Below, piece after piece: positions 9,287-17,382 of a DNA stretch of 26,673 bases (within the stretch, counting starts at the first letter, position 1; every line of letters begins with the position of its first letter). Location of the stretch: the IMG/VR virus record IMGVR_UViG_3300049182_000012, positions 1 to 26,673 of that record. The stretch is one strand, 5' to 3'. Source of the DNA: a virus. Its lineage: Duplodnaviria; Caudoviricetes. The translations under genes were made by a program, and so were the position numbers. The notes under the pieces were generated by a model. That model did no database searches and had not been told where the DNA came from. It worked only from the letters and a program-made list of their open reading frames with translations.

Positions 9287-10192
9287 TTAGCTCACTGCTG
9301 CGTATATGGTGGCGGTGCTGGCGGTAAACGCCGCGGCGGGGTTGGGCAGGGTGGTGGTCAAGCCAGTGGTGCTCACGCCCGATATCACAGGCGCCACCTG
9401 CGCCAACTGTCCACCAGTCTTGGCCGTACCGCCCTTGATAGTCGCAATGGTGGTAGCGACTTGAAGCAAGCCGATGTAGTAAATGTCAGAGGTGGGCACG
9501 CGGTATGGCGTGGTCATCGCCAGCGTTCGAACCGTGTTTGCTGCCCACGCCGAAGTCGTCTGGTTTGCCGACTGTGCAAGCAGGTTCCGATTCTTGTCGT
9601 ACAAGGCATAAAACTGGTTGGTCGGCGTGCCTGCTGCCGTGGTTGCCGAGGATATTGTGATGTTGCTGACCAGCGTCCCTGCTTTCAGGTAAATCGCCTG
9701 CATGAACAGCGCACCACTTGACCCTGCCGTCGTGTTCACTTCTGGGCATGTCTCGCGCGGCATCGTTTCTGCCAGCGTGCCAGCGGCACCCAAGTTGGCC
9801 GTAGGTGGACCGGCGTAGGTATATTCCCCGCCTTGCGTGTCATGGTGAGTCCAATGACCCGTATCGTCCATGACCAAGTTTTCACCCGGCAGCAGGGTGA
9901 CCCCCATGATGTCGGACACGTTAGTGCCGTCCGTATGCAATACCGTTGCTTGAGTGCTGGTCGTGCTGCTGGTGTTGGTGATATAGATGGCCTTGACGTT
10001 GCGCTGAACACCCGAACCAGGGGATGCCACAATGTCGGTCGTTGTAGCGGTAGCGATACCCACAACGTTGAAACGCCCCGGCGTGATCGTCCCAGCGTTG
10101 TTGTCCACCCAAGACACATGCACATCAACAGATGCGCCTGCTGCCCCAGTGACAACTTGTACCTTGTCGGAGGTGGAGGTAAGCAGCAGCAT
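9287..10192 (-). CDS. Putative virion structural protein (two beta-rich domains)
   Basis: 301 aa, T/A/G/V-rich, packed within the structural operon. Confidence 0.6.
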   Translation of the reverse strand: MLLLTSTSDKVQVVTGAAGASVDVHVSWVDNNAGTITPGRFNVVGIATATTTDIVASPGSGVQRNVKAIYITNTSSTTSTQATVLHTDGTNVSDIMGVTLLPGENLVMDDTGHWTHHDTQGGEYTYAGPPTANLGAAGTLAETMPRETCPEVNTTAGSSGALFMQAIYLKAGTLVSNITISSATTAAGTPTNQFYALYDKNRNLLAQSANQTTSAWAANTVRTLAMTTPYRVPTSDIYYIGLLQVATTIATIKGGTAKTGGQLAQVAPVISGVSTTGLTTTLPNPAAAFTASTATIYAAVS

Positions 10193-10193
10193 G

Positions 10194-10583
10194 TTATGCG
10201 CTCAGTGCGGTGTACGTCAGGCTGGAGCAAGAAACGGTATCACCCGCCGCCACCGTCAAGCCGTTGGTCATGTTGATGTCGCTGGCCGATGCCGCCACCG
10301 CACAGTGAATCACCACGGTGCCGCCCGAAGTCTCAAGCGTGGCAGTTGCAACAGGCGAGGCGTTACCAGCTGCGTTGGTGTCGCTGGTGATTGCATTGGC
10401 AGTAGCTGTGCCGCCACTGGATGCCGCAAATGCCGTAGCACTCAAGCCAAGGTTTGCCACCGACGTACCCGGTGCGCTGACCGTGCCCGTCAAGCGGAAA
10501 CGCAGGCGACCAGATGCGCCAATGAGTGCCGTAACCGCGTCAGTCGCCGCGTTGCGTGCTGCTGTCGAATGAGTGACCGCCAT
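10194..10583 (-). CDS. Putative structural protein (fibre/spike base-like)
   Basis: 129 aa, A/T/S-rich (RNAATDAV...AFAASSGGTATANAIT), AAGGA SD. Confidence 0.6.
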   Translation of the reverse strand: MAVTHSTAARNAATDAVTALIGASGRLRFRLTGTVSAPGTSVANLGLSATAFAASSGGTATANAITSDTNAAGNASPVATATLETSGGTVVIHCAVAASASDINMTNGLTVAAGDTVSCSSLTYTALSA

Positions 10584-10713
10584 CTTGCAATTCCTTCAGT
10601 TTGTCTTCATCCACAAAGCCCACCAGTTCAACGGTTTCGACTTTGCCCGTTTCTTTGCGCTTGATCTCAAGCGTCATGCGAATCTCGCCAACCTGACCTT
10701 GTAAATCAGCCAT
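10540..10713 (-). CDS. Small hypothetical protein (57 aa)
   Basis: Not in the track. ATG at 10713 abuts the portal stop. Sequence MADLQGQVGEIRMTLEIKRKETGKVETVELVGFVDEDKLKELQDGGHSFDSSTQRGD. Confidence 0.7.
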   Translation of the reverse strand: MADLQGQVGEIRMTLEIKRKETGKVETVELVGFVDEDKLKELQDGGHSFDSSTQRGD

Positions 10714-12930
10714 TTAGCCCTCGCTTACTTCAATCATGCCCAAAGCCCGGCCATCCGGCCCGCGCTCAATCATGCGTCGTTTCGGAGCCTTCAGGGCTTC
10801 CATAACCCCTTGCATGGACTGCATCATGTCAGCGTGCATCTGAACCATGGGCGAGAGCGGGTCAATTTGCTGCACTTCCTGATTGGCCGCTTGTTCAGTA
10901 GCTGGTGCAATGGCTTGCTGTGCGCCGATCTGGGCAACCAGAATTTTCACAGAGGCTTCCAACTCAGCCTTTTTCATCTGCCGGTCGGTTTCCGCCTCTT
11001 GGCGCATGGCTTCCATCTGGCGCTCATGCTCCATGCGTGCCGCTTCAATCTGCTGTTGAGACTGAAGTTTTGCCGCTTCCAATTGCTGATTGCCTTGCAT
11101 CTTGGCTTGCTCTATCTGGGCTTTCATTTGCTCAGACTGTTGCATAGCCTGCATCTTGGCTTGTTCAGCTTGTTGTTGGGCTTGCAATTGCATCATGGCC
11201 GGGTCGGGCTGTTGCTCTTGCGGGGGCTTGGGCGCGTTCATTTTCGCCACAGCATCATCAAATGCCGCTTCCATCGCCCGTCCACCCTTAAACGCACGCA
11301 CTGCAAACAGAATCATCTCACCCATCAGCGGAGCCATTTCTGGGACTTGCTGGGCAACAGGCAGGGCACGTTCCATGAACTGACCGATAGCGCCTAGAAA
11401 CTCAGTCCGTGAGGCTTTCTCGGCCTGCTCATCCATTTCCACAAGGGAATCGGTGGCAACCTCAACACGGAAGTTGCGGGCGGGTTCGCTCTTGAGTAGC
11501 TGGATAGCCTGCTCTGCGTATTGGGCGTCTTGCGTGCCCATGATGCCCGACATTTCCACCAGCGTCTGAGGCGAGTAGAAGTCAGCCATGATCTGGGCCT
11601 TGATCCGCAGAGCCTCAGACGCAAACTGCGCCATTTCGGTTTGCAGCTTCTTCAGGCGAAGGGATGCGTATTGGCTCTTGATCTGCTGTGCGGTGGCCGT
11701 CTCCGAAGCCACCGACGCACCGCGGATGATGTCTGACAGACCGGTGATCTCGTAGACAACCTGTTTAGCCTGCTCACGGCTTGCATAGCACTGCGCAAGG
11801 GCTTGCAGGACCGCCTCGATGGGCATGAAATCAACAGTACCCTTCAATCCGCCCTTTTCCGCAAATGCTGCCCAGGTATCAACCGCAATCAGGGTGTTAT
11901 TGACACCTTCCGACAACATCCGCTGGACCGCTGGCTGGCTGGCGTCATAAACACCCACCACCTTGACCGCCTCAGTCAGCATGGCGATACGCTGGGTCAG
12001 CATGTCGATTTCGTCGGCCTGATCTTGATACAGGGCGAAGTCAGGCACGGGAACCAGGGTATCGGTGGTTTGCGTAGCAAACAAAGGACGCGGGCAAGGC
12101 CAGAATTGATCCAGACCAAGCGGGTCTTCCTTGATGTCAAGCGTCTTGGAGTAGCCCTCAGCAACCCAATAGACCGTCTTGCTGGTCTTGTCCCAAATCT
12201 CCCAAATCTGAGCTTTTTTCAGGTCTTCAATGTCGGAGATTTCCCCAGCTTGGTTCTTGAGTTCGTCTAGGCCGATAGGCTCATGAGTCAGTGGAACGTC
12301 TTTGAAGTCTTCACCGAACCGCTCAATACCGTCCTTGCGGGACATGTAAACCCGACGCGCCACCCATGTGACTTCATCCCAGCAGCGGGCAGGCGAACAG
12401 CGGAAGTCTTCAAAGAAAACGTAATCCACCGGAGTGCATTCGTATTCGTAGTCAGGCTCTGGCAGACCTTGCGCCTCGGCTTGCATCTCCTGCTGATCTT
12501 CAATCGAATCAGGAATGGCCTGTTCTTTTGTCTCAAACCGCACCCAGACCACACCACGCCCGGGCAGCAGACGGTCAGTCACCGCCTGTTTCATCGACGC
12601 ATCGTAGTCGCCGTAATGGTCAATCTCGTACTGGAGGCAGCGCTGCAAGATGATGCTTGCTGTCCGACCAATCGGGTCTTGGTCCTTGTAACGGCGCTCA
12701 ACCTCTGCGCGAGGGGTCTTGCCGTAGATCGCAGGCATCAACGTTTGAACGTTAGCCCACAGGATGTTGAACCGCTTGGCATTGTCGCTGTAACCAGTCC
12801 GCTCATCCCGGTAACGCTTGATGATCTTTTTGGACCGCTTGATCCACTTTTCATCCTCGCGCTTGGCAAACTTGAGTTCTGCCAGCCACTTGCGGGCACC
12901 GTCAACCGGGTTAATGCTTTCAGGCTTCAT
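10714..12930 (-). CDS. Portal protein with long Q-rich C-terminal coiled coil
   Basis: About 738 aa with FNILWANVQTL, LLPGRGVVWV, GLSDIIRG and ETATAQQIK motifs. Downstream of the terminase. ATG 12930 preferred over TTG 12936. Confidence 0.9.
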   Translation of the reverse strand: MKPESINPVDGARKWLAELKFAKREDEKWIKRSKKIIKRYRDERTGYSDNAKRFNILWANVQTLMPAIYGKTPRAEVERRYKDQDPIGRTASIILQRCLQYEIDHYGDYDASMKQAVTDRLLPGRGVVWVRFETKEQAIPDSIEDQQEMQAEAQGLPEPDYEYECTPVDYVFFEDFRCSPARCWDEVTWVARRVYMSRKDGIERFGEDFKDVPLTHEPIGLDELKNQAGEISDIEDLKKAQIWEIWDKTSKTVYWVAEGYSKTLDIKEDPLGLDQFWPCPRPLFATQTTDTLVPVPDFALYQDQADEIDMLTQRIAMLTEAVKVVGVYDASQPAVQRMLSEGVNNTLIAVDTWAAFAEKGGLKGTVDFMPIEAVLQALAQCYASREQAKQVVYEITGLSDIIRGASVASETATAQQIKSQYASLRLKKLQTEMAQFASEALRIKAQIMADFYSPQTLVEMSGIMGTQDAQYAEQAIQLLKSEPARNFRVEVATDSLVEMDEQAEKASRTEFLGAIGQFMERALPVAQQVPEMAPLMGEMILFAVRAFKGGRAMEAAFDDAVAKMNAPKPPQEQQPDPAMMQLQAQQQAEQAKMQAMQQSEQMKAQIEQAKMQGNQQLEAAKLQSQQQIEAARMEHERQMEAMRQEAETDRQMKKAELEASVKILVAQIGAQQAIAPATEQAANQEVQQIDPLSPMVQMHADMMQSMQGVMEALKAPKRRMIERGPDGRALGMIEVSEG

Positions 12931-12960
12931 GGACAACCTTATTTAATTTTCAATGTTGTA

Positions 12961-13779
12961 TCAGTTAATCGATTCAACTTTTGTCATGCAATACATTGTC
13001 ACGCCGGTCGTGTAGCCAGAAATCGTTTGAGTTGTTGTGTCATTACCCAACTTATACCGGCTTGTCCAGCCAGTTACTGCGGCCTCAGACCGGGTAATAT
13101 TTGCCGCTGTCGTGAAGTGAAATGCCACGCACAAAACGTCTGTATCAAGCAAAGGCAGCGCGACCTCATCGCTTACTACAGTGCCACCAGCCGCCACGGT
13201 CACACCATTAGCACCAGAAAACTTGACTTGTACTGGCGCTGAATTGAAGTTTCCACCCGTTGTGCCAACTTGCGTGTAACACGCATCAAGCGTAAATGAG
13301 TTTGCCGACCACGCTTGAAATGTAAATCTCACCCTTGTTGCCGGGACAATCAATGACGCGTCTAAAGTAAGCCGAATGGTGTAATCATCCCAACCACTAC
13401 TTGCCGTGCTTACTGATGGCGTCCAAGATGAAACCGTCACCCAACTGGCGGGCGTCGGCGAAACAGCGTACAACTTGCCGTCCGAACTCATTGGCAGACC
13501 ATTGGAATACGTTGCAGCACTGACGCTAGAAACGCAGATTAAGCCACCAGAACTCATGGGCAGACCATTGGAATATCCAGCCACAGCCCCGGTTGTGACG
13601 CAGACCAATCCGGCAGACGTAACCGGAACACCCTGCGTATACCCGGCAACTGTTCCATCCTCCACGGCTCTGACATAGCCGTTAGAGTCAAAGAAAAACC
13701 CGTCTTTTTGAATGTCAGTCCCTGCCACTGGGCCAGCGACAAACAATGCGCCATTAGATGCTACAGGGAACAGTGCCAT
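12961..13779 (-). CDS. Putative virion accessory protein (N-terminal ~22-aa repeats plus C-terminal beta domain)
   Basis: Repeats of GYSNGLPMSSxG, with a near-identical DNA repeat at 13484-13509 and 13550-13575. Start overlaps the terL stop. Confidence 0.65.
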   Translation of the reverse strand: MALFPVASNGALFVAGPVAGTDIQKDGFFFDSNGYVRAVEDGTVAGYTQGVPVTSAGLVCVTTGAVAGYSNGLPMSSGGLICVSSVSAATYSNGLPMSSDGKLYAVSPTPASWVTVSSWTPSVSTASSGWDDYTIRLTLDASLIVPATRVRFTFQAWSANSFTLDACYTQVGTTGGNFNSAPVQVKFSGANGVTVAAGGTVVSDEVALPLLDTDVLCVAFHFTTAANITRSEAAVTGWTSRYKLGNDTTTQTISGYTTGVTMYCMTKVESIN

Positions 13780-15137
13780 TAGAACCTCTCATGCCGCTTG
13801 GTCGTTTCTTTCCACAGATCATCAAGTGGAACTGTGATGATTCTACCGTTTTGGGCCGAAACTGGGAAAACTTTTGGTTTTTCCGGCTCTTTTGGCACGA
13901 ATTCACTCAAAACCTGCGCCCCATAACAAAACGCATCTGCCGGATGTGACGCCCAATTGTGCAGCGGCTCACGCTTAAAAACGCCATCCGCTTCGTTGTA
14001 TTCGTACTCATAAGCAATCAGGCCATCTAACCCTGCCTCGCATTGCTCACGGTTAAATTCGCATCTAGGAATGACTGTGCGGGCCGCGCTGATCTGGTCA
14101 ACTTTCTTAGACTGGGGCACCACAGCCACCTTGTCAGCACCAAACCCCGCAAGAAACCGCTCGGCAGTCGTGTGCTTGCTCTGGAATGTCTTCGCCCTAG
14201 CATCGTGAGGTAGCCACACCTTACCCAACTTGCGGGCCGCGCCCAGCTCACGGATCACCTCTTGGATACGAGGAATCCAATCGTCCGCGTCCAACCCTGT
14301 ATCCGCATCGTACTTAAGCACCTTGAACCCGCCTAGCACTGGTTGCCAGTACCAGAATGACGCCGTATCCCTGAAGCCAAGGTCAGCAGACACCATCAGA
14401 GGCGCTCCAGCAGGATCGAAGTCCACGCCACTGTGTATCCGTCCTTCCCGCTCTGCTGCGTTGATCCAGCGGGCCAGGATTGCCCCTTGTGTGCTGCCGT
14501 ATGCCCCATTCCAGATGTGGTCAGCCTTGTCCGAGTCTCTGGCGTAGTCGTCCAGCATCTCCTGACGTAGTTCAGCAGGAAACCACGGATTTTGATGCCA
14601 GTTAACTTGCAGAACGGTCGCGCTATCGGGGGGATTCTTGCGGAAAAACACATCCACCGGATCGGTTTTAAACCGTGGGTTCCATGTGAAGATCAGTTCC
14701 GACCCAGGCGTGCGGATCGTGGGGCGCAACAGATCAAGGCTGTACTGACTCAGTGTTTGAGCCTCTTCCACCCATGCCCGCTTGTAGCCCTCAAGCGACT
14801 TAATAGAGTCTGCCGTGTGGTTTTGCAGACCTTGGAAACTGATGATCCCATTCCCGCCCTTGCTGCGTATCTTGGCATCCAGCACTTCAAAATACGCCCC
14901 GGCGTTCAGTTTCTCTATCTTGGCTTCCAACAGCCGCTTAACAGACTGATCGAGGGATTTCTGAATCTCACGAACGCAGACGGTCGATTCATCCGGGTTA
15001 ATGATGTGCGATTCAATGATGTACTCACCCACGAAGTGAGACTTACCAGACCCTCGCCCACCGTAGATAGCCTTATAGCGGGCAGGTTTAAGGGCTGGAA
15101 TGGCCCACCGTGGGGTTTGTATCTCTAGTACGCTCAC
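13779..15137 (-). CDS. terL: Terminase large subunit (PBSX-like)
   Basis: Walker A YGGRGSGKS, CVREIQKSL, Walker B AWVEEAQ, TWNP, and nuclease motifs ADLG, LPHD and SHPADAF. Confidence 0.95.
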   Translation of the reverse strand: MSVLEIQTPRWAIPALKPARYKAIYGGRGSGKSHFVGEYIIESHIINPDESTVCVREIQKSLDQSVKRLLEAKIEKLNAGAYFEVLDAKIRSKGGNGIISFQGLQNHTADSIKSLEGYKRAWVEEAQTLSQYSLDLLRPTIRTPGSELIFTWNPRFKTDPVDVFFRKNPPDSATVLQVNWHQNPWFPAELRQEMLDDYARDSDKADHIWNGAYGSTQGAILARWINAAEREGRIHSGVDFDPAGAPLMVSADLGFRDTASFWYWQPVLGGFKVLKYDADTGLDADDWIPRIQEVIRELGAARKLGKVWLPHDARAKTFQSKHTTAERFLAGFGADKVAVVPQSKKVDQISAARTVIPRCEFNREQCEAGLDGLIAYEYEYNEADGVFKREPLHNWASHPADAFCYGAQVLSEFVPKEPEKPKVFPVSAQNGRIITVPLDDLWKETTKRHERF

Positions 15138-15400
15138 TTCTGACCGTCTCGCGGGTCAACAATGACGCGGCGCACCTCTTGTAGCTGGACTGGCCCGCCA
15201 CCCTCTCCCATCAATTCCATTGAACTCAGATCGGGTATTGACTTCTTCAAAAGAATCTCAATAGCGCGGACTTGAGTCGCCTCCAAATCAACCATGCCAA
15301 GTGCATGATCTGTAAGGCGGTTTATCAATTGACTGGTTTGTATTTTTCGGCGTACATCTTCTTGATGTAGCTTGCCGAGTGGTCGGCCTGCTTTTGCCAT
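15134..15400 (-). CDS. terS: Terminase small subunit (putative)
   Basis: Overlaps the terL start (ATGA). Contains KIQTSQLINRL...AIEILLKKSIPDLSSMELMGEGGGP. Alternative start at 15412. Confidence 0.75.
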   Translation of the reverse strand: MAKAGRPLGKLHQEDVRRKIQTSQLINRLTDHALGMVDLEATQVRAIEILLKKSIPDLSSMELMGEGGGPVQLQEVRRVIVDPRDGQK

Positions 15401-15463
15401 GTTTTCACCCATCAGGTTAGCTGATACATGGCAATTATGGCATGGGAGTTGCTTTTGTGGGAA

Positions 15464-15526
15464 TGGCTACTCGCTTCCTCTAGTGCGCTCCCCGAGTATC
15501 CCGAGGCTAGATATCCGCTTTCGCCA
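15464..15526 (-). ncRNA. Predicted structured RNA module with a loop-E/bulged-G-like motif
   Basis: TGGC-GAA-AGC...GCG-AGTA-GCCA encloses a TCTAG/CTAGA stem and a CCTCGGG/CTCGGGG hairpin. Confidence 0.4.
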
Positions 15527-15532
15527 ATAGGT

Positions 15533-15648
15533 TGATGGTGGCCGGTGCTGATCTCCGGCCTTATTGGGTTCGCACGCATCACAAAGGGGCCTGCCGCATC
15601 CCAATATGGTCAGGCTTCCGAGCGCATCAGCCTGCGCATTCACCATCA
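15533..15648 (-). ncRNA. tRNA-like cloverleaf structured RNA (not a canonical tRNA)
   Basis: Closing stem TGATGGTG/CACCATCA. Arms GCGC-AGGCTGAT-GCGC, TATTGGG/CCCAATA and GCCGG-AGATCAGCA-CCGGC. The loops GCTGAT and ATCAGC are complementary. Confidence 0.65.
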
Positions 15649-15730
15649 CGGCTGAGCATCTGCGGGCGCACCCCCAGCATCCGTGCAAAGAGTCGGCTAG
15701 TTGCACCTAGACCGAGTGCTCATGCGTGAT
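15645..15730 (-). ncRNA. Predicted multi-stem RNA module with H-type pseudoknot
   Basis: Closing stem ATCACG-CA-TGAGCA / TGCTCA-GC-CGTGAT. Inner hairpin TCGG-T-CTAG-GTGCAA-CTAG-CCGA, whose loop complements the downstream TTGCAC. Confidence 0.5.
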
Positions 15731-15824
15731 AGTCCTCGTCTTTCCGAGGTGCCACCCCTTACCGCACTACAGAGCGGGGCACTCTGACAACGCCGTACTG
15801 GAGGACGGCTATGCGGCTTGTTCT

Positions 15825-15833
15825 ATTTTATCA
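15825..15833 (-). promoter_or_regulatory. Extended -10 promoter driving the structured leader and packaging genes
   Basis: Minus strand TG-A-TAAAAT (TGn plus -10) directly upstream of the RNA-module cluster. Confidence 0.55.
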
Positions 15834-15935
15834 AAATGGCGCTTGTTCATGTTGTTCTCTTTGCTGGCGCTCGTACTCTTGGATTTGCTTTTTAGTCCAA
15901 GGTACGGGGCCTGTGATCGGTGGGAAGGGCCACAT
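15831..15935 (-). CDS. Small hypothetical protein (34 aa)
   Basis: MWPFPPITGPVPWTKKQIQEYERQQREQHEQAPF. The ATG lies 1 nt after the upstream stop. This is the C-terminal part of the tracked 97-aa ORF. Confidence 0.55.
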   Translation of the reverse strand: MWPFPPITGPVPWTKKQIQEYERQQREQHEQAPF

Positions 15936-15936
15936 A

Positions 15937-16119
15937 TCAGCCAAGCGCCTGAGTCTCAAGCGCAGCAATATCGCGGCACATTTGCACCAGAAATTCAGCC
16001 GCAGCAGCTTCGCTTTTGGATAGCTGTCTGTAGTCAAACCCGATTTCTTCCAGCTTATCCATGCAATCCTGAAGATCGGCTTTGGTGTTTTCGAATCGGC
16101 AGTAGCCCATGTTTGCCAT
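15937..16119 (-). CDS. Small phage protein (MANMGYCRFENT type)
   Basis: 60 aa, packed 1 nt after the upstream stop. Confidence 0.7.
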   Translation of the reverse strand: MANMGYCRFENTKADLQDCMDKLEEIGFDYRQLSKSEAAAAEFLVQMCRDIAALETQALG

Positions 16120-16120
16120 A

Positions 16121-16384
16121 TCAAGCCCCTTGAAAACGTGCAGCGCGGGCAGCGCGGATTTCTTTAGCGTACTTTTTGACGTACACAGCGTTGTAAGAGC
16201 GCAGAGCTTGAAAAGCTGCGTTGTATTCAGCGGTCAACATATCGTACACGTCACGGGCATAAATATAGCCTGCTGCCCACTCTGCAAAATGTGCGGGCGC
16301 TTTGTCTTGATAATAGGGGTTCATGTGCTTACCATCAACAAATGCTTGTGCGCCTTGTGCGTATGCTTGTTTTGCGTCCGTCAT
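16121..16384 (-). CDS. Hypothetical protein
   Basis: 87 aa, GGAG SD, first gene after a predicted promoter. Confidence 0.7.
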   Translation of the reverse strand: MTDAKQAYAQGAQAFVDGKHMNPYYQDKAPAHFAEWAAGYIYARDVYDMLTAEYNAAFQALRSYNAVYVKKYAKEIRAARAARFQGA

Positions 16385-16414
16385 GCTGCTCTCCGGTGTG
16401 TTGCTGATGGAGTT

Positions 16415-16459
16415 ATTGTGAGCGTCAGACCACGGACCGACTATTAGGGTAAACCCTAA
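16415..16459 (-). promoter_or_regulatory. Promoter with upstream palindromic site (site 1)
   Basis: TTAGGGTAAACCCTAA at 16444-16459 and -10 CACAAT at 16420-16415. Confidence 0.7.
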
Positions 16460-16698
16460 CTTTTGCGACCGTTTGTCGGCTGTTGCGCCTTCACCAGCTC
16501 ATGCCCAGCCTTCCACTCATCCCCAAACGCTGCCTCTAGTGCCTTCCTGTACTCTGGCGTCATCTTGCCTTGCTTTGATGCGCTCCAGAACGGCAGGGAC
16601 TGCGCGAGCATCCTGGCCTTGCAATCGGTACACCCAGCGTAGAAAAGCCCTGTGAGGCCGTTCTGGGCACGTTGGCAGGCTTCGCAGTCACTTCCCAT
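16456..16698 (-). CDS. Small Zn-binding protein (CxxC...CxxC)
   Basis: MGSDCEACQRA...GCTDCKAR. ATG 16698 preferred because it overlaps the upstream gene less. Confidence 0.65.
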   Translation of the reverse strand: MGSDCEACQRAQNGLTGLFYAGCTDCKARMLAQSLPFWSASKQGKMTPEYRKALEAAFGDEWKAGHELVKAQQPTNGRKS

Positions 16699-16897
16699 CG
16701 TCGGCCAGCTTATCGAGTTCTTCAATCGTCCTGAGCAGGTATGCGCTCAGATCTAGGCTTTCTTCCAGAGCGTGTACCAGCCACTGGCGGTGCGACAGGG
16801 GATTGCCTGATAGCGTGGTGCCGTACTTTTTGATCCCGGCCTGCTGTCTGAGGTAGATCATTTCCTGCAATCTACCCTCGGTGCCTTGTGCTTTCAT
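16688..16897 (-). CDS. Small MazG-like / all-alpha NTP pyrophosphatase-type protein
   Basis: GIKKYGTTL...WLVHALEESLDLSAYL contains an EExxD metal-binding helix. Confidence 0.55.
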   Translation of the reverse strand: MKAQGTEGRLQEMIYLRQQAGIKKYGTTLSGNPLSHRQWLVHALEESLDLSAYLLRTIEELDKLADDGK

Positions 16898-17382
16898 GCT
16901 GCTTTCCTTGGTTCGCCCAACTCAGGCCATAGATCGCGGGCCACATGCCCCGACTTGATTTGCGCTGTTACCTTGCGGATTGTCCGCTCATACTGACTTC
17001 GTGCAATGCTTGACCGCTGTAGGTCGTGCCATTCAATGATCGACCTCATGGCCTGAATAGCTGGCCCTGTAAGGCGCATCTTTCCGGTACGCTGGAAACG
17101 CTCCGCCGCTTCAATCAAGTGAGTCTCTACCTCTTTCACGGTTGGCATGACCTCATCGCGTCCCACGCCGTCCAATGCAAGTGCTTCGGCCAAGTTGTTG
17201 ACGTTAACGAGGTCGTTCCATTCGTCCAGTCCCCCAGCCCCATGGATCAGAGCATCCAGGCTAGACAACTCACGGGCCAATAGCTTGTCGCAGTCGTCCC
17301 GCGTCATTATGGAGGCTCCAGCCATTGCAAATTCCAGCGGGTTGACTTTTTGCCAGACCTTACGAACTGTTCTTTTTCTCAT
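16894..17382 (-). CDS. Phage protein of unknown function (nin-like region)
   Basis: 162 aa helical ORF whose stop overlaps the next gene's start (ATGA). Confidence 0.7.
   Translation of the reverse strand: MRKRTVRKVWQKVNPLEFAMAGASIMTRDDCDKLLARELSSLDALIHGAGGLDEWNDLVNVNNLAEALALDGVGRDEVMPTVKEVETHLIEAAERFQRTGKMRLTGPAIQAMRSIIEWHDLQRSSIARSQYERTIRKVTAQIKSGHVARDLWPELGEPRKAA

Noticed and set aside
86-15128. Long plus-strand ORFs (e.g. 86-943, 5729-6589, 10032-10664, 12283-13242, 14592-15128)
   Set aside because: They are antisense shadows of well-supported minus-strand structural genes, with no recognisable motifs.
15533-15648. Canonical tRNA, or definite assignment to the C4 antisense family
   Set aside because: There is no TTC T-loop, no 7-nt anticodon loop and no free CCA end. 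Family identity needs a covariance-model search.
15467-16133. ORFs 15467-15706(-), 15532-15729(+) and 15726-16133(+)
   Set aside because: They have no convincing SD or protein-like features, and the region is better explained by RNA stems and small minus-strand genes.
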